Below the pieces are notes generated by a model that was not told where the DNA came from, ran no database searches, and was given only the letters and a program-made list of their open reading frames with translations. Position numbers and translations under genes: made by a program. Shown here in pieces: positions 24,443 through 36,565 of a stretch of DNA of 64,000 nucleotides. The stretch is from assembly GCA_977016875.1 (NCBI GenBank), contig CDRNST010000123.1, positions 3,720,001-3,784,000 on the forward strand, written 5' to 3'. The DNA comes from Pavona decussata. Its lineage: Eukaryota. The number at the start of each line of letters is the position of its first letter. Position 1 is the stretch's first letter.

Positions 24443-25549
24443 ATGAGCAAAATCGTGGAAGACAAGCTCTCTGTAACAATGAAAGGAGCCGTGGCCCGTA
24501 ATTCTCTTGCTGTAAACAAGATGAAAGCAGACATTGGCACAATTGGCTCGGATGCGAAGAGGACCTTGCAGTCTTTGGAGCATTACAAGCAAAAATACCA
24601 GAAGCGACAGAAAGAGTTGGAGAGAGAGAAGCAGCTACGAACGTTGTCTCGCCCAGGAATCCAGGAAAGCTCTAGAAAGATTTCGGCTCCTTGCCGTTTA
24701 ATGGTGGGCATTGAATACACAGATTTATCAAGTGGCGAATTTTTGACAGACTTGGCGGAACTGCAAAGAAGCCCTTCTCCTCGTAATAGATCCAGGTCAC
24801 ATGGCACGGTGCTTCCCCCGCTTCATCGCGGAGAAAATGGCGAGAATTTTCCAGAGATTGTACAACCAAAAGTAGAAGGCCTTACGCTACCTTCTATCGA
24901 CGCATTAGACGTACATGCTAATGGCCGGCGACGGAGGCTTAATTCTGCGTCAAATTTGAATGTCCGGTCAATATCTTCTGGACTGACAGTACCAGTATCT
25001 TCGAACATCACTCAAACAAGGTCAGCACCAAGTTCACCATGCATGCAAAGACGGGCTGAGTTCAGATGCGACCCATCTTCAAGGAGCCGCAGCAGGTCTC
25101 CTGCCAGGGACTTGGTTGGTGCCCTCTCTCTTCTAGATGAAGTGCAAGGAAACAAGGTCCCAGATCTGGAAGAAGCGATGACCATGTTGAAAGACATCCG
25201 ACACAAACAGGAACTGGAGGAGTGCAAAAAGAAGGAGCAAGCCGAGGGAGAAGAAACTGCTGCGAAGAAACTATCTGGCATGAATATTCAAGAGCGCAAA
25301 GACGACCCCAAAACTAGAAAGATCTCCAGTCCTGGCACGAAGCTGTGTTCATCTATACCTGAAAGCACTGGTGGGAAAGATAACGGGGAAAACCAAAAGA
25401 CTTTGGGAGAAAGTATGAATGACATGCGATACTGTACTTACTTACGAACGTCTTCGCTGGAATTCGAAGAGGATTTGTTAAACAAAAAACTACCAGACGA
25501 ACTGGTACCAAAAGCGATTATTGTTGGCCATTCAGAGTGGGTGCCTTGA
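24443..25549 (+). CDS. Uncharacterised 368-aa protein (cluster gene A): N-terminal coiled coil, disordered S/R-rich middle, C-terminal MNDMRYCTYLR motif
   Basis: 1.1-kb uninterrupted ATG-initiated ORF in AT-rich context; C-terminal motif shared with genes C and D. Confidence 0.85.
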   Translation: MSKIVEDKLSVTMKGAVARNSLAVNKMKADIGTIGSDAKRTLQSLEHYKQKYQKRQKELEREKQLRTLSRPGIQESSRKISAPCRLMVGIEYTDLSSGEFLTDLAELQRSPSPRNRSRSHGTVLPPLHRGENGENFPEIVQPKVEGLTLPSIDALDVHANGRRRRLNSASNLNVRSISSGLTVPVSSNITQTRSAPSSPCMQRRAEFRCDPSSRSRSRSPARDLVGALSLLDEVQGNKVPDLEEAMTMLKDIRHKQELEECKKKEQAEGEETAAKKLSGMNIQERKDDPKTRKISSPGTKLCSSIPESTGGKDNGENQKTLGESMNDMRYCTYLRTSSLEFEEDLLNKKLPDELVPKAIIVGHSEWVP

Positions 25550-26233
25550 GATTAGCAAACTTTGCGCGAAATGTAAACGCTAGTTCCGTTGGTGCGGTAA
25601 TTTTGTTGTTTCCATAGATTTCGAATTACATAATCGTTTGAATGTTCGCGGCTCCATTGTTGGGACGGTGACGCAACAGAACACAGGAGACTGTTCTCAG
25701 CATATGAGTGCAGCCATTTTAAGAGTGAAAGATTGTAAATAAAGGATATTACATGGCGGCGGGAAGATATGAATTTTATTTTCGAGTGGTAAAATATTGT
25801 TTTTAACACTAGAAAATAAAACTCATACCTTCAAGCCACCGTTTAAGCTTCTTTTTATTATATAGGCAGATCTATCGCTCGCCATTTTTCACCGATTATT
25901 TGTACCAACAACCGTGAAAAAGCATGAAATGACGTCATCAATATCCTCTGGTGAGGATATGGAAAATACTGCACTCGGGTCCCGAATGTAGCTTCGTATG
26001 AATTTTACGAGTGGTGTTTTTTCCAGTAAAGCACTGCTATCTATATAATAAATAGAGATGATAAAATAAGGATATCAGCTTATTGTGTCTTTAGTTTAAA
26101 TGACAAATAATCTCTTTCTTATTTCATTTTAATCATTATGTCAAACAGGTAGGCTTTGAGAATAAAGAAGCATCACCCATTTAGAGTATGTTCTTAGATC
26201 TTACTACAGAAAATTGCACTGAGCCTGTAACAA

Positions 26234-26620
26234 TAGACCTTTCTCCAAAATGGCGGCCAAAAATTCAAATAAGTTAAAATTAAAAACGTATACCAGCACT
26301 GGAAAGAGCACTTTTACTTTAGTAACCCTACAAAGTTTCAGCATATCAGGTGTAATATCAGCTGTGAAAATGTAAGTTAAAAAATGAAAAATTTACAGAC
26401 TTTGCATGACTGGAGTATGACGTATATCCCGAGTTATACAAACGTCTGTAAATTTGTCAAATTTCATCTTACATTTTCTAAGCTGATATAACACCTTATA
26501 TACTGAAACTTTGCAAGGCTACTAAAGTAAAGGTGCTCTTTCCAGTGCTGGTATTAGTTTTTCATTCAGTTCAATTTTAACTCATTTAAATCTGTTGCCG
26601 CCATTTTGGAGAAGGGTGTA
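26234..26620. mobile_element. Palindromic MITE
   Basis: TAGACCTTTCTCCAAAATGGCGGC / GCCGCCATTTTGGAGAAGGGTGTA, with internal arms complementary over most of the length. Confidence 0.75.
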
Positions 26621-28180
26621 TTAGCGAGTCTATCTCATTTCTTCCCCCACCAACTTCACCGATTACCTTCACCCGTCCCAGGCTCCTCATGTTATGATGA
26701 GATCAAGTGACACGTATATACGTAAGGCCTGTTATAACCACTGTCAGGACCAAACTCAGATATTTGCTACAATGGACTTCTACAAGATGTACCTATTAAG
26801 AAGAATTTTTTTATATATTATACGCCTCCATACATGTACTACTGCGCAAGCCAAGAGATTCACGAGGGTGCTATGTTTAGAACAACGACAGAAAGCAAAA
26901 GACAACAATGAAATCACCAAAGCTCTTCCCTTCTGGTGGTGTGGAACGCAGGAGGGGGGAGGGGGGAGGGGGGAGGGTGAAGGGAGAGTCGGGTGACTGG
27001 AAGTAAAAAGGATATGGAGTAGGAAGTTCAGACGCCGCCTGTCGGCTTCCCCTTTCCACAATTGATGCCAAAATTGTTGTAGCCTTTTCCAGCCGAATTA
27101 TTGTTTCGCGCGGATGAAACTAGATCCGGAAAAGGCGTCTCCTCTCTTAGGTTACACTGTTACGAAGATGATGCTTCGTACTCTCGGGCTGAGCCCCCCG
27201 TATAGCCCACAATATGGCAATCTCGTTCCCAGAGGCTACGATCCTTTTGGTCCAGTTGCCCGTTCCGCTGGACAAGGACAATGAAGGCTCTGGGCTGATC
27301 TGAGATTGATCAATGAAGCAATCCTCCCGGCAGGAGAACATCAGCTTTTGATTCCGTATGCTGTTGGTTGTGGGGAGTTGTTATAATCCGCCTTCTATTT
27401 ATCCTCATCTCAAATGTCATCACATCATCACAATTCAAGCATGGCCTCGTATGGAATTAGTCACATAAGCGGAAAATTGCTCAGAAACACTTCACTAGCT
27501 TAAAAGACGGTTCTTGAAAAAAACTTTTTGGATGAAATTAACAGAGAGGCAACTAATATCTTATTTCACTTGAGTGTGTGTTCTTAACCATTTAGCCAAT
27601 TTTATGGTCCCATAGAGTTGGTCACACAAAAAAAAAAATACTCAAGCTAGCAGAGGTCTTAGAATTTAACCGATTTCAATAATATAATTATGATAACTAG
27701 ATCTGCCAGGATAAGGCCTATGTAGCTTCAGTCTTACACTTCGATTGTGTGTGTTACATCATCTTGAACCTTGGCAGAATATGGAAATGAATGAATTTTT
27801 GTTTAATAAGGTGGTGGTAAAATGTTTCTTTTTTTTTTTTTTCTTTCTTTGTTTTCTTGATTTTAAAACAAGCTAAGGATTGGGAAAGATAAAAAGAGCT
27901 CGTAAAATTGAGCAACCCCGTTAGTTTTACACACATTTAGTAGATACCAAACCAGTGGACTCTGTTTTTCGCACACTGTGATTGGCTACTTAAAATCCAG
28001 ACGATATTTTCACCCCCCGCGTCGAAATTGCTTTCTAGATTTCGCGCACGAATTTTCCCGCCAATTTGTCTGAGATAGAGTTGTTGATTGGATCAGGGTA
28101 CTAAAACAATTAATTATTCACCTCAGTGTTGGTCAATACTGAGTGGTGGATAATTGAGTGAATAATTGCCAAATATCCCT

Positions 28181-28281
28181 TAGCCCGCGAATACAGACGC
28201 CTCTCATCGCTCCCGGCCCCCGAGGCGCGAAACGCCCCTCGGGGGCCGGGAGCGATGAGAGGCGGCTGTATTCGCAGGCTA
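28181..28281. mobile_element. 101-bp GC-rich hairpin MITE, TAG..CTA termini, 9-bp TSD
   Basis: TSD AATATCCCT at 28172-28180 and 28282-28290; near-perfect palindrome. Confidence 0.85.
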
Positions 28282-28505
28282 AATATCCCTTTAATGGCCC
28301 CAAAGCCATACGGCATAAAACTACAGTTGAACCTCTCCACAACGGCCACCTTGGGGACAGAAGAAAGTGGCCGTTGTGGAGAGGTGGCCGTTATGGGGAG
28401 GTAGGGGTGAAATATGACACCTTTTTTTTCGGGAAGTACAACATGTTTATTGTGCCAAGTTCATGCTTACTGTAGCTTATAATGGCAATCCAATCTTAAA
28501 TAATA

Positions 28506-28658
28506 CATAGAGGATATTACATGGCCGCGCGGAGATACGAAATTTCTCTTCGAGTGTTGAAAAATATTTCACGAGTGAGCGCAGCGAACGAGTGAAATAT
28601 TTTTCAACATGAGAAGAGAAATTTCGTATCTCCGCGCGGCCATGTAATATCCTCTATG
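28506..28658. mobile_element. Palindromic hairpin repeat (Crypton-like?)
   Basis: CATAGAGGATATTACATGGCCGCGCGGAGATACGAAATTTCTCTTC and its near-exact reverse complement; a related copy starts at ~25739. Confidence 0.75.
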
Positions 28659-29407
28659 AATTGAATAGAGTGAACCTGGCCAAGACTGCTTATGCACCAT
28701 TACTCCAGCTTCGCACGAACTTTCATTTCTGAGATTGGCTTTGAAATCCTGTTATTCAATTTGAAACTGCAAGGGTCGGTATGCATGATTCTGTTCAGTA
28801 AGCTTACTCCTTTTATTCTGATAAACCACTTAAACTTTTTAAAATACAAACGGCGCCAGACGGCCTCTTAAGAGTACATTGTGACATAAACAGTCATCAG
28901 TAATCCCATTCAAAACTATTGTTTACAGAGAAAAATCCACACCCCTTGGCCATATAATTACCAACCTCGATTAAACTACTTTGTACAATTATTTTTGTTT
29001 TGTTTTGTGTTGGCAAAACATGCAACAGATAAGGTCAGATAAATACACAAGGTAAACAATCTGTTTGTACAACGCGATAAAGTAACAAACTGGTGTAAAT
29101 TTTATTAAATCATGGTTTGTTAATTTTACTGAGCCAGACTAGACAGTACTGAGGTTATCATACAAGCAAGACCAGAAATCTGGAGAGAGACTAGTCTATT
29201 TCTGCTGTGCCCTCCCAATGACTACGTCAAGACTAACGGCTACATCTAAGCTTGATTAAACTGATTGGAACTGACGAAACCACCTATTCAACGCATTAAT
29301 TCCAACGATCCGCTCTGCAGGCGGATTGTTCCGGCCGATTTCAGTCTTTTCATTCCGAGCGGAAAATCCGAATTTTCTCAGTATTAAGCTCGGCTACCTG
29401 TATCTGA

Positions 29408-30595
29408 CTAGTTCTCTGTCCAAGATTTTGCTCTTAAGGAGGGAAATGTCAGGAAAGCATTCCTGTCTTGGGAGTCCTTTCGAGAAGATTTGATCACAGT
29501 TTTGTCTCCGCGTGAAGGTGTAAGCTTGCCTTCGTGATCAAACTCAAAACTGTTATCCGCTTCCTCTCTATGCGGCTGGAGGAACAGAGTTGCAGTTTTT
29601 GAAAACGGTTTGGCTTGCAGAATGTTGTTTTCTGATACGCAAGTAGAACTTTCTCTATGGCCCCTTTCTTCAACGATCTCATATAACAGTTTTGATTTGT
29701 CATTTATCACTCTCGTTTTCACAGACCCAGCGCTACTTTCACTTCCGTGAGATACGAAATTAAGGCTTTGCGCCCTGCCCCTAGAAAAAACATTACTATT
29801 TATCGGGTCTCCTTGAAAGGTCCTTGGCGTAAATACTTCATTTGTTGTTCTTCCTTTGACTTGCATAGAGTCAGTTGACTTGGGGACAAAATTTAAGCTT
29901 TGCGTTCTACCCCGCGCCTTCCAGTTAACGTCGAATTCGCGGGGTCCACTTCCTTTCGACAGCGAAGAGAAAACGTTGACACTTTTTCCTGCGTTTGTCT
30001 GTACATTGTATCTACTAAAGTACGTGTTTTTCATTCGGCTTTTGCTGTTACTACTTAGTGGCACATTATTAAGTGTTGTATACTTCAACAATAGCCGCTC
30101 CTTTTCCTCGGATTTGTCAATCTTTGGAGCTGTCGTGTTTGAAATCTTCCTACGAAATAACACATCTCGTCCAAGAGGAGTCTCGCCTACTAAAACTCTT
30201 TCCTTCACTGAAATTTTTCTCTGTCTCAGTTCCACATTTGAAGCCGACGTATTGCTCCTTGTTGTCTCGAACGAGTCCCGTTCCGCACGCGTCCAGTCAT
30301 GACTAGTAGATGAAGACACCTTTCTCTGAACAAACCGGCTTCTATCCTCAGCTTCTTCCATAGTTACTTGGATCATTGGAAGGTGAGAGCGAAAAATGGT
30401 GCTGTGTTTTTTCGCTGGATGACCTAATGGTGCTGTATGGTTCTTGTAAACAGAAGTCTTTCTTTGTTGTTGATCTTGTCCTTTTCCGCTGAGCGCCGCT
30501 ACAAAATGCGGTGAGCTTCTTGGTACAAACGTCGAAGGAACATTAGGCACGGCCTTTAAACCTGTGGCCCCGGAATATTTTCGCATTTTCTTCAT
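29408..30595 (-). CDS. Uncharacterised 395-aa basic S/R/K-rich protein (cluster gene B)
   Basis: 1.2-kb ATG-initiated ORF; RKTS/RKVS/RKIS sites, duplicated RGR(T/A)QSLNFV, PMIQVT motif. Confidence 0.8.
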   Translation of the reverse strand: MKKMRKYSGATGLKAVPNVPSTFVPRSSPHFVAALSGKGQDQQQRKTSVYKNHTAPLGHPAKKHSTIFRSHLPMIQVTMEEAEDRSRFVQRKVSSSTSHDWTRAERDSFETTRSNTSASNVELRQRKISVKERVLVGETPLGRDVLFRRKISNTTAPKIDKSEEKERLLLKYTTLNNVPLSSNSKSRMKNTYFSRYNVQTNAGKSVNVFSSLSKGSGPREFDVNWKARGRTQSLNFVPKSTDSMQVKGRTTNEVFTPRTFQGDPINSNVFSRGRAQSLNFVSHGSESSAGSVKTRVINDKSKLLYEIVEERGHRESSTCVSENNILQAKPFSKTATLFLQPHREEADNSFEFDHEGKLTPSRGDKTVIKSSRKDSQDRNAFLTFPSLRAKSWTEN

Positions 30596-33500
30596 TTGGA
30601 CTCGAAAGTCAATCGCTCGTTGTGACGCGCGTAGTCTGGCTCAATTTTCTTGAAAAACAAGCAAACCACTGCAGATTGAAATTGCTTTGTCCTACATGTC
30701 TAAAGCGGAGACTTCAACGCACACTTCATACTATAACGTTGTCGGAACATCGTCAATAGCCAGAGTTTACTTGTAACTTGAACTCAAATGTGTTAAAACT
30801 GTTGGCACAAAAATTATTGCCCAACTGGGACAGTAATAAGCCGTCTTCTACTTCCATACGACGTACACCTTGTTTCTGTGGAAACCAAAGAGTACAATAA
30901 AACTCTCAAGAGACTAACCTGGTTTTCAATTCAATAATCACTGACTGGCGCACCTGTGACCTCGGGCACCTAGCTATTAACATCTGAACTGTACCCTTAG
31001 CTACAAGATGTTAAGTGCATTTGAATCATCGTTTATTTCTTCGCAAACGGAATTAAGGGATGAAAGCGCAACGCTCAAACCTCAACGTTTTCACTTTCAA
31101 TTGATTTCAAGTGAAAAGTAATTTCTATTAATTATCTACACTCAAACAGCTGATGTATGAAAACCATCTGTTGTGTCGAAAATCCCTGTATTGTTTTTAA
31201 CTGGCACAATCTTTTGTTTCGCCTTTGGCTGCAAACAAATACTTGGGCAAGAAGTCAATTTGAACGTGAGTAGATTCAGTCTTAAAAGACGTAATACTCA
31301 TTGTCTGATCCGTAAAGACCAATATGGTGCTGTGGTCAGCTTACTACGTTTTGACAGTTTGGTAATTATTTTTCGATTTCTCAGGACCGGCACTGGACAA
31401 ATTTAATTGGTACCGTTCCCGGCAGCCTCGGTTTATGTCGACATTCAGGAATTGGACATTGCTTAACCGGCCAGTTTAACCACTCTTGAAACGAATACAT
31501 TAGAACTAACCCTTTGGAAGTGAGAAAGTAAAAAAAAAAAAAACAAAAATTGTTAACAGCAGTGTTAAATTAAACGTAAGGGTTGAACGCGCAGCACCTA
31601 CGCTCGTTAGCCATCGCATCTTTTGTTACTAAGTAAACTTTCTCGATCATTTCTGTTAAAAAAAGAAAGAAACATGATTTCATAGCTCTTTTTTTACATT
31701 TATAATTCCTTTGTAATAACGATTTATTATTATTATTTTTTTACTTTTCTCTCTTATTCAAAACACCAATTTGCCCGCCACCTTTCGTCTCTATGGTTAC
31801 TGACAGATTGCTCCACGCATTTGCGCAACTTGATTACGGAACTGTACAACGTGTTGATTAAATGGCGCGAGGTAGAACTAAATTTAATCCTCGTACGTTT
31901 GATTACCAAGTCGCTCGGTCGCCCCCACCAAGTTTCAGCTTGTTCCAACTTTCATGAGAATTTTCGAAACTTTTGCGTCCCAGTACGATCATTTTCGCTA
32001 ATTGATTGGCTGTTCCTGGTTAAGCCGGTAGTAAGTCGGAAATGTCGTCAACTTTCGTTGACTATCGTTCGTTAATGGCCTTATGCGCATTTTCTTTTGA
32101 CTAGTACTAGTCGCCAGTTGACTCCTCAATGCAATAGTATTCGTTTAAGATTACCAACCAAATAACGGCTTAAACCGTACGTTCGACAAATGCTTACGAA
32201 TGTGTTTATTGGTTAAGACACATACAGCATCAACGCTTATCATTATTTCTTTTTCACATTCATTTTCACGGACCTTCAAACAGTCAAACACAAATGACCA
32301 TTTTCAAATTAAATTTGAAAGTCTTGCATATCACATAATAATTTAATTAAAATAACACGATAGTGCCTAAATGTTGCTAAACAGCGGTGAGTTTTAAGAT
32401 AAATTGAAAATCTGACGGCGAAAAAAAAACAGAGGAATCCAATTTCTCACTCAGATCCCTGAGAAAATTAAATAAGATTATAAAAATAATTTCTTCCGTA
32501 TAAGCAAATTATGACAGTGTACAGAGTGAGAAAGAGTTAGTAAAAGCTATCAAGAGAGTATGATCTAATTTTCCCTTCGCTCGGCTTAAGGCCATCTAAA
32601 CATTCACACATAACCAAGTTAACATTAAAATTAATGTTGAAGAACCCCACACGTTTTACCTTTGAATAAGACTGTTAGGGCTGCTTCTTCAATGTACGCA
32701 GAACCGAACATCAAGATAAATTAATCACTTAATCGCTACCGCCAGACACATCTCGATTGACTGCTGAAACTCGCCCGACTTTTAAATTGTATTTCGCCTC
32801 AATTTTAAGACTGAAGACAGGTGAAAGGCCTTTCAAGTGGAAGTGAATCTGATTGACATGTGAAAAGGGTTTGCACCTGGCCTCGTTTTAAGGCTTCTGA
32901 CCTCAGAAGTCATCTATTGTGCCTCGTTGTTCTCACTTTTGAGCATACGTAGTGATTTTTCAACCAATCAGAAGTGACCTGGCTAAGGCGCACTAAAAGG
33001 CGCTCGTAAACATGGAAACAATAATTGCGCAAACATAAGTTGTTTCCTGAAATGTTTCCCCTTCGCATGCACTCACAACATCGTGGACGCAAAATGGTCA
33101 TGAAAAAATCAGAAACATTTTCCTTATGCGTTAATTTTCGAAAACAAATCTGTTTCATCCAACAACAAATGATGCGTTTCTAGGACGCAGAAATGTTTCG
33201 TAACAATGTTTCTCCGTTGCTTCTCACAAATTATTGACTCGTCGAATACTTTTTTCTTTCCGCCTTCCGCTAGGTTTAGTAAACATAAACTATTTCGCAC
33301 TGAAAATTTGGCTATTCTTTTGGGGGAAATTATTATGTTTACTCGCCCTGGAAGAGTAAATTTTAGTAATGAATATTTTTTTACCTTTGTTGTTGCTAAT
33401 GAGTAATAGAGAATGCTGTGACCTCCGTGCTAATTGTAATGTTACAAGCCTGTGAAAATAGCAAGGTTTTCAGTTTTTGTTATACTCCTATTATGGATAT

Positions 33501-34853
33501 ATTTCATTATTTATTTTAAACAACTTCAAACTGAATTACTTCACTTAAGAAATTCTTTGCACTGCCAGAGTAATGTTCCCTCCTCAAGCGGCCAAACATG
33601 ATATCAAGTCAATTTTCTTGTCCTTGAGACCAGATATTGTCCAAATAAATAAATCAGTAAGATAAATAAGATAAATTATTTTTTAAAAAAGTGACACAAA
33701 ATAGTTAAACTAGTTGCCATCCGTCCTAGGAATAAAAGCTAAAACCAAGTAAAAGCTTTAAAAAGCCAGTTAAAAATGTAATTCGCAAACGTTGTTGATA
33801 ATATATCTTACAATTTTTTAAAAACCGGGTCATTGGATTATATATTTCCAGAGTCTTGAGTGGCTTAGCGGCCATGGCATATCAGCAATCATTGATATAC
33901 CATGCCCGACAAATAGCGGTCATTAAATCATCTTCTTGTCCTCTTTGTAACATGAAATCAGCAAGATACAGCAATAGTTCTTGGTTGTCTTAATATTATA
34001 ATTATTCCACTCACACTTCAGTGTTAGATAAGCTGCCTCATTGGCTAAGATAAGATATTCTTAGATATTCAACGCCTCGCTGGCTATCTACTCTCACACC
34101 TAGCATATCATCCTATATCCAACATAAGTCTTGTGGCGTTTCTCAAAAATCCGGAAGAAACCTTCGGGCCTGAAAAGTAATTTTCTTATCCCTTTTGTAC
34201 GGATTGCCGGTTGTTTTTCGTTCAAACTAACTCAATGTGTTTCTTAATCTTGAAAAACTTAAAATGTGTATACTTTCAAAATTATCAAAAATTGAAGTTT
34301 TGGTAATGAATTTTTTGCATGTGAAAGTGACTTAAAAATATATTTGACATTTGTATAGTCAAAAAATAATCTTTTCGGAAGGTTGAGAAATGCACCCCTT
34401 GGCTATCTATCACCTCCTATCCACTGAACGAGCTCTTATAACATTAATTATTCTACGAGACTTATAGGACAAAGCGGAGTGAAAATTAGCTTGACACATG
34501 ACTACAAGACTACATTCCAAAAATGGTCCTTCTCATAGTACAGTTGAAAGGACCAATGGATTTTTTTCCCCAATTTATAAACAAACATTAGATCGAGGAT
34601 TAGTTGTACTGTAAGATATTACTGATTTTTAACGTATTTGTGATAGATTTGTAATGCATTTTTAAGGTATAAAAGATTTACTAAAGAATGATATGGTATT
34701 TTTCTTCGTCCAACGCTCGTGCCGACTGTCTTTCTTATTCAGTGACCAAGGGTAAGATTTACAATCTTCCTTTCACCATTTTCTGTAATTTTAGCTTCCA
34801 AGGAGATAAATTATGGTCTATCGTTTTTGCCTTTGTTGCGCGGTGCGAAACCG

Positions 34854-34861
34854 TGACGTCA
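34854..34861. promoter_or_regulatory. CRE palindrome upstream of cluster gene C
   Basis: GTGACGTCAC followed by a TACGTCA half-site, ~1.7 kb upstream of ATG 36566; function inferred. Confidence 0.35.
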
Positions 34862-36565
34862 CTATACGTCATACACTACACGTCCTCAACTTACCGAGCA
34901 TGTATGAAGTCGGCAATCTTTTGATCAGCTAGTTTAGTAGTAGTTGAAATGTCGAAGCCCTATTATATGATAGGTAGAACAATTTGTATGAAAAATTGTC
35001 GGATGAACGTAGAAATCGCTGTGACGGATTCTTGGTCTTATGCGACACATTAGTTCCTGAAACAATTTTGCTGAGCTGGCTTGCTGCGTAGAATTGCGTT
35101 CAAAAATAGCACTGACTGGTGCATGACAAAAATAGATTACGAGGCAGTTAGATCAAAAATGAAGTACGTACGTACAAAACTGGTCACGTCCGGAAAAAAA
35201 AACAGTCAGAGCTTGGTCCAGCTAGTTATGCCAGTTTTCAGCCATCGATCACCGGCGCGGCAAAACCTCTGAAAAGCACGCGCGCAAATGTTTCTCATGA
35301 GAAGACGTTGAGAAGTTCACAGATACTGACAAGAAAAACGAACAACTTACAGGCATGTAACACTGATGAATGTAACTTTTTACAATCATTAGTACCAGAT
35401 CAATTTTTTTTGGCTCCGTGCTACTATTATTAATTTGTCATATTGCGAATTTACATTTTGCTCGCTAGTTCGCACCATTGACTAAACTTTGTCACGACTG
35501 ATGGAAAAGAGAGTGATCAAGCGTCCTGATCTCTTTCAAAAATAAGTAAGAGGTAAAGATTAATATCTGGTGATATTAACGAGCGAGCGGACACTGAAAT
35601 TTCCAATAATTGCATTTTATTAATAATATTTGTAAGGCACGTTAGCCTTGAACTTTGCGGACCTAGTTCAAAAGTGAGGAACTAATATTTTTAATTGAGA
35701 CCCATGTTTCATTGTCATTTTCCGGCTCTAATTGCTTATACACATGCACAGGCAATTAAGAATAAAAACAATAAGCCCCCATTTACGATAAGCGGATATT
35801 TATTTACCATAAACTAACTGTTTCAAAACAGTTGTCGATGTTGCTATTGACTAGGACGCAGTTTCCGCCATTTTGTTTCATTGGTCTTTTCAATGTGGTT
35901 CCATATTTTCCTTTTTTTGTATTCTTCAACACTGGTGTTGCTTTTTCACAGCTTTACCATTCTGTTTCGAAGCTCAATGCAAATTTTAAACATATAAAAC
36001 TAGAAAACAAAGGATTCACTCTCGCTGATATTTAGACAATTGTGTTGGTCTCCAAGGCATTGATCGTTTCCTTAAAAATAGATCCAATTTGTGTTGGTTC
36101 ACTGAACTGAATAATCTTTGAAAGTTATGCCACACCGTTTTAAAAGAGCATAGTTTCTTCATGCAGAGAACATGTAGTTCAGCAGTTATTGCGTTAATGT
36201 AAAAGTAGTAGAACGTAGCCGGCCTCTTTATCAGTCTTACCAAACACTTGTTAATAAACGCAGTATGCTACTCAATCAGTTTTCGTTGTTTACTCCACTC
36301 GTTAAAGTTATGGTTATATTGAATAGCGCACTGGGGCACGTAATGTAGGCTCAATAGCCTTTGTCCTCACTTTGTCAAAAGAATGCCTTAACGAACCACC
36401 ATACAACGCTTTCTGATTGAGAGTATACTTAAAATAACCTGCATGCGTCAAGCGTGGGACGATTGATGGACCTCAGCAGTATTACGCACATACGTAAGAC
36501 ACATATAAGGGAAGTTCGGTTCATTCGGAGTCAAGTATAGAGCGGTTAATAACGGTGTAAACGAA

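Noticed and set aside
29856-30302. 148-aa + strand ORF, and similar antisense ORFs over genes A, C and D
   Set aside because: They are shadow frames of the longer ORFs on the opposite strand.
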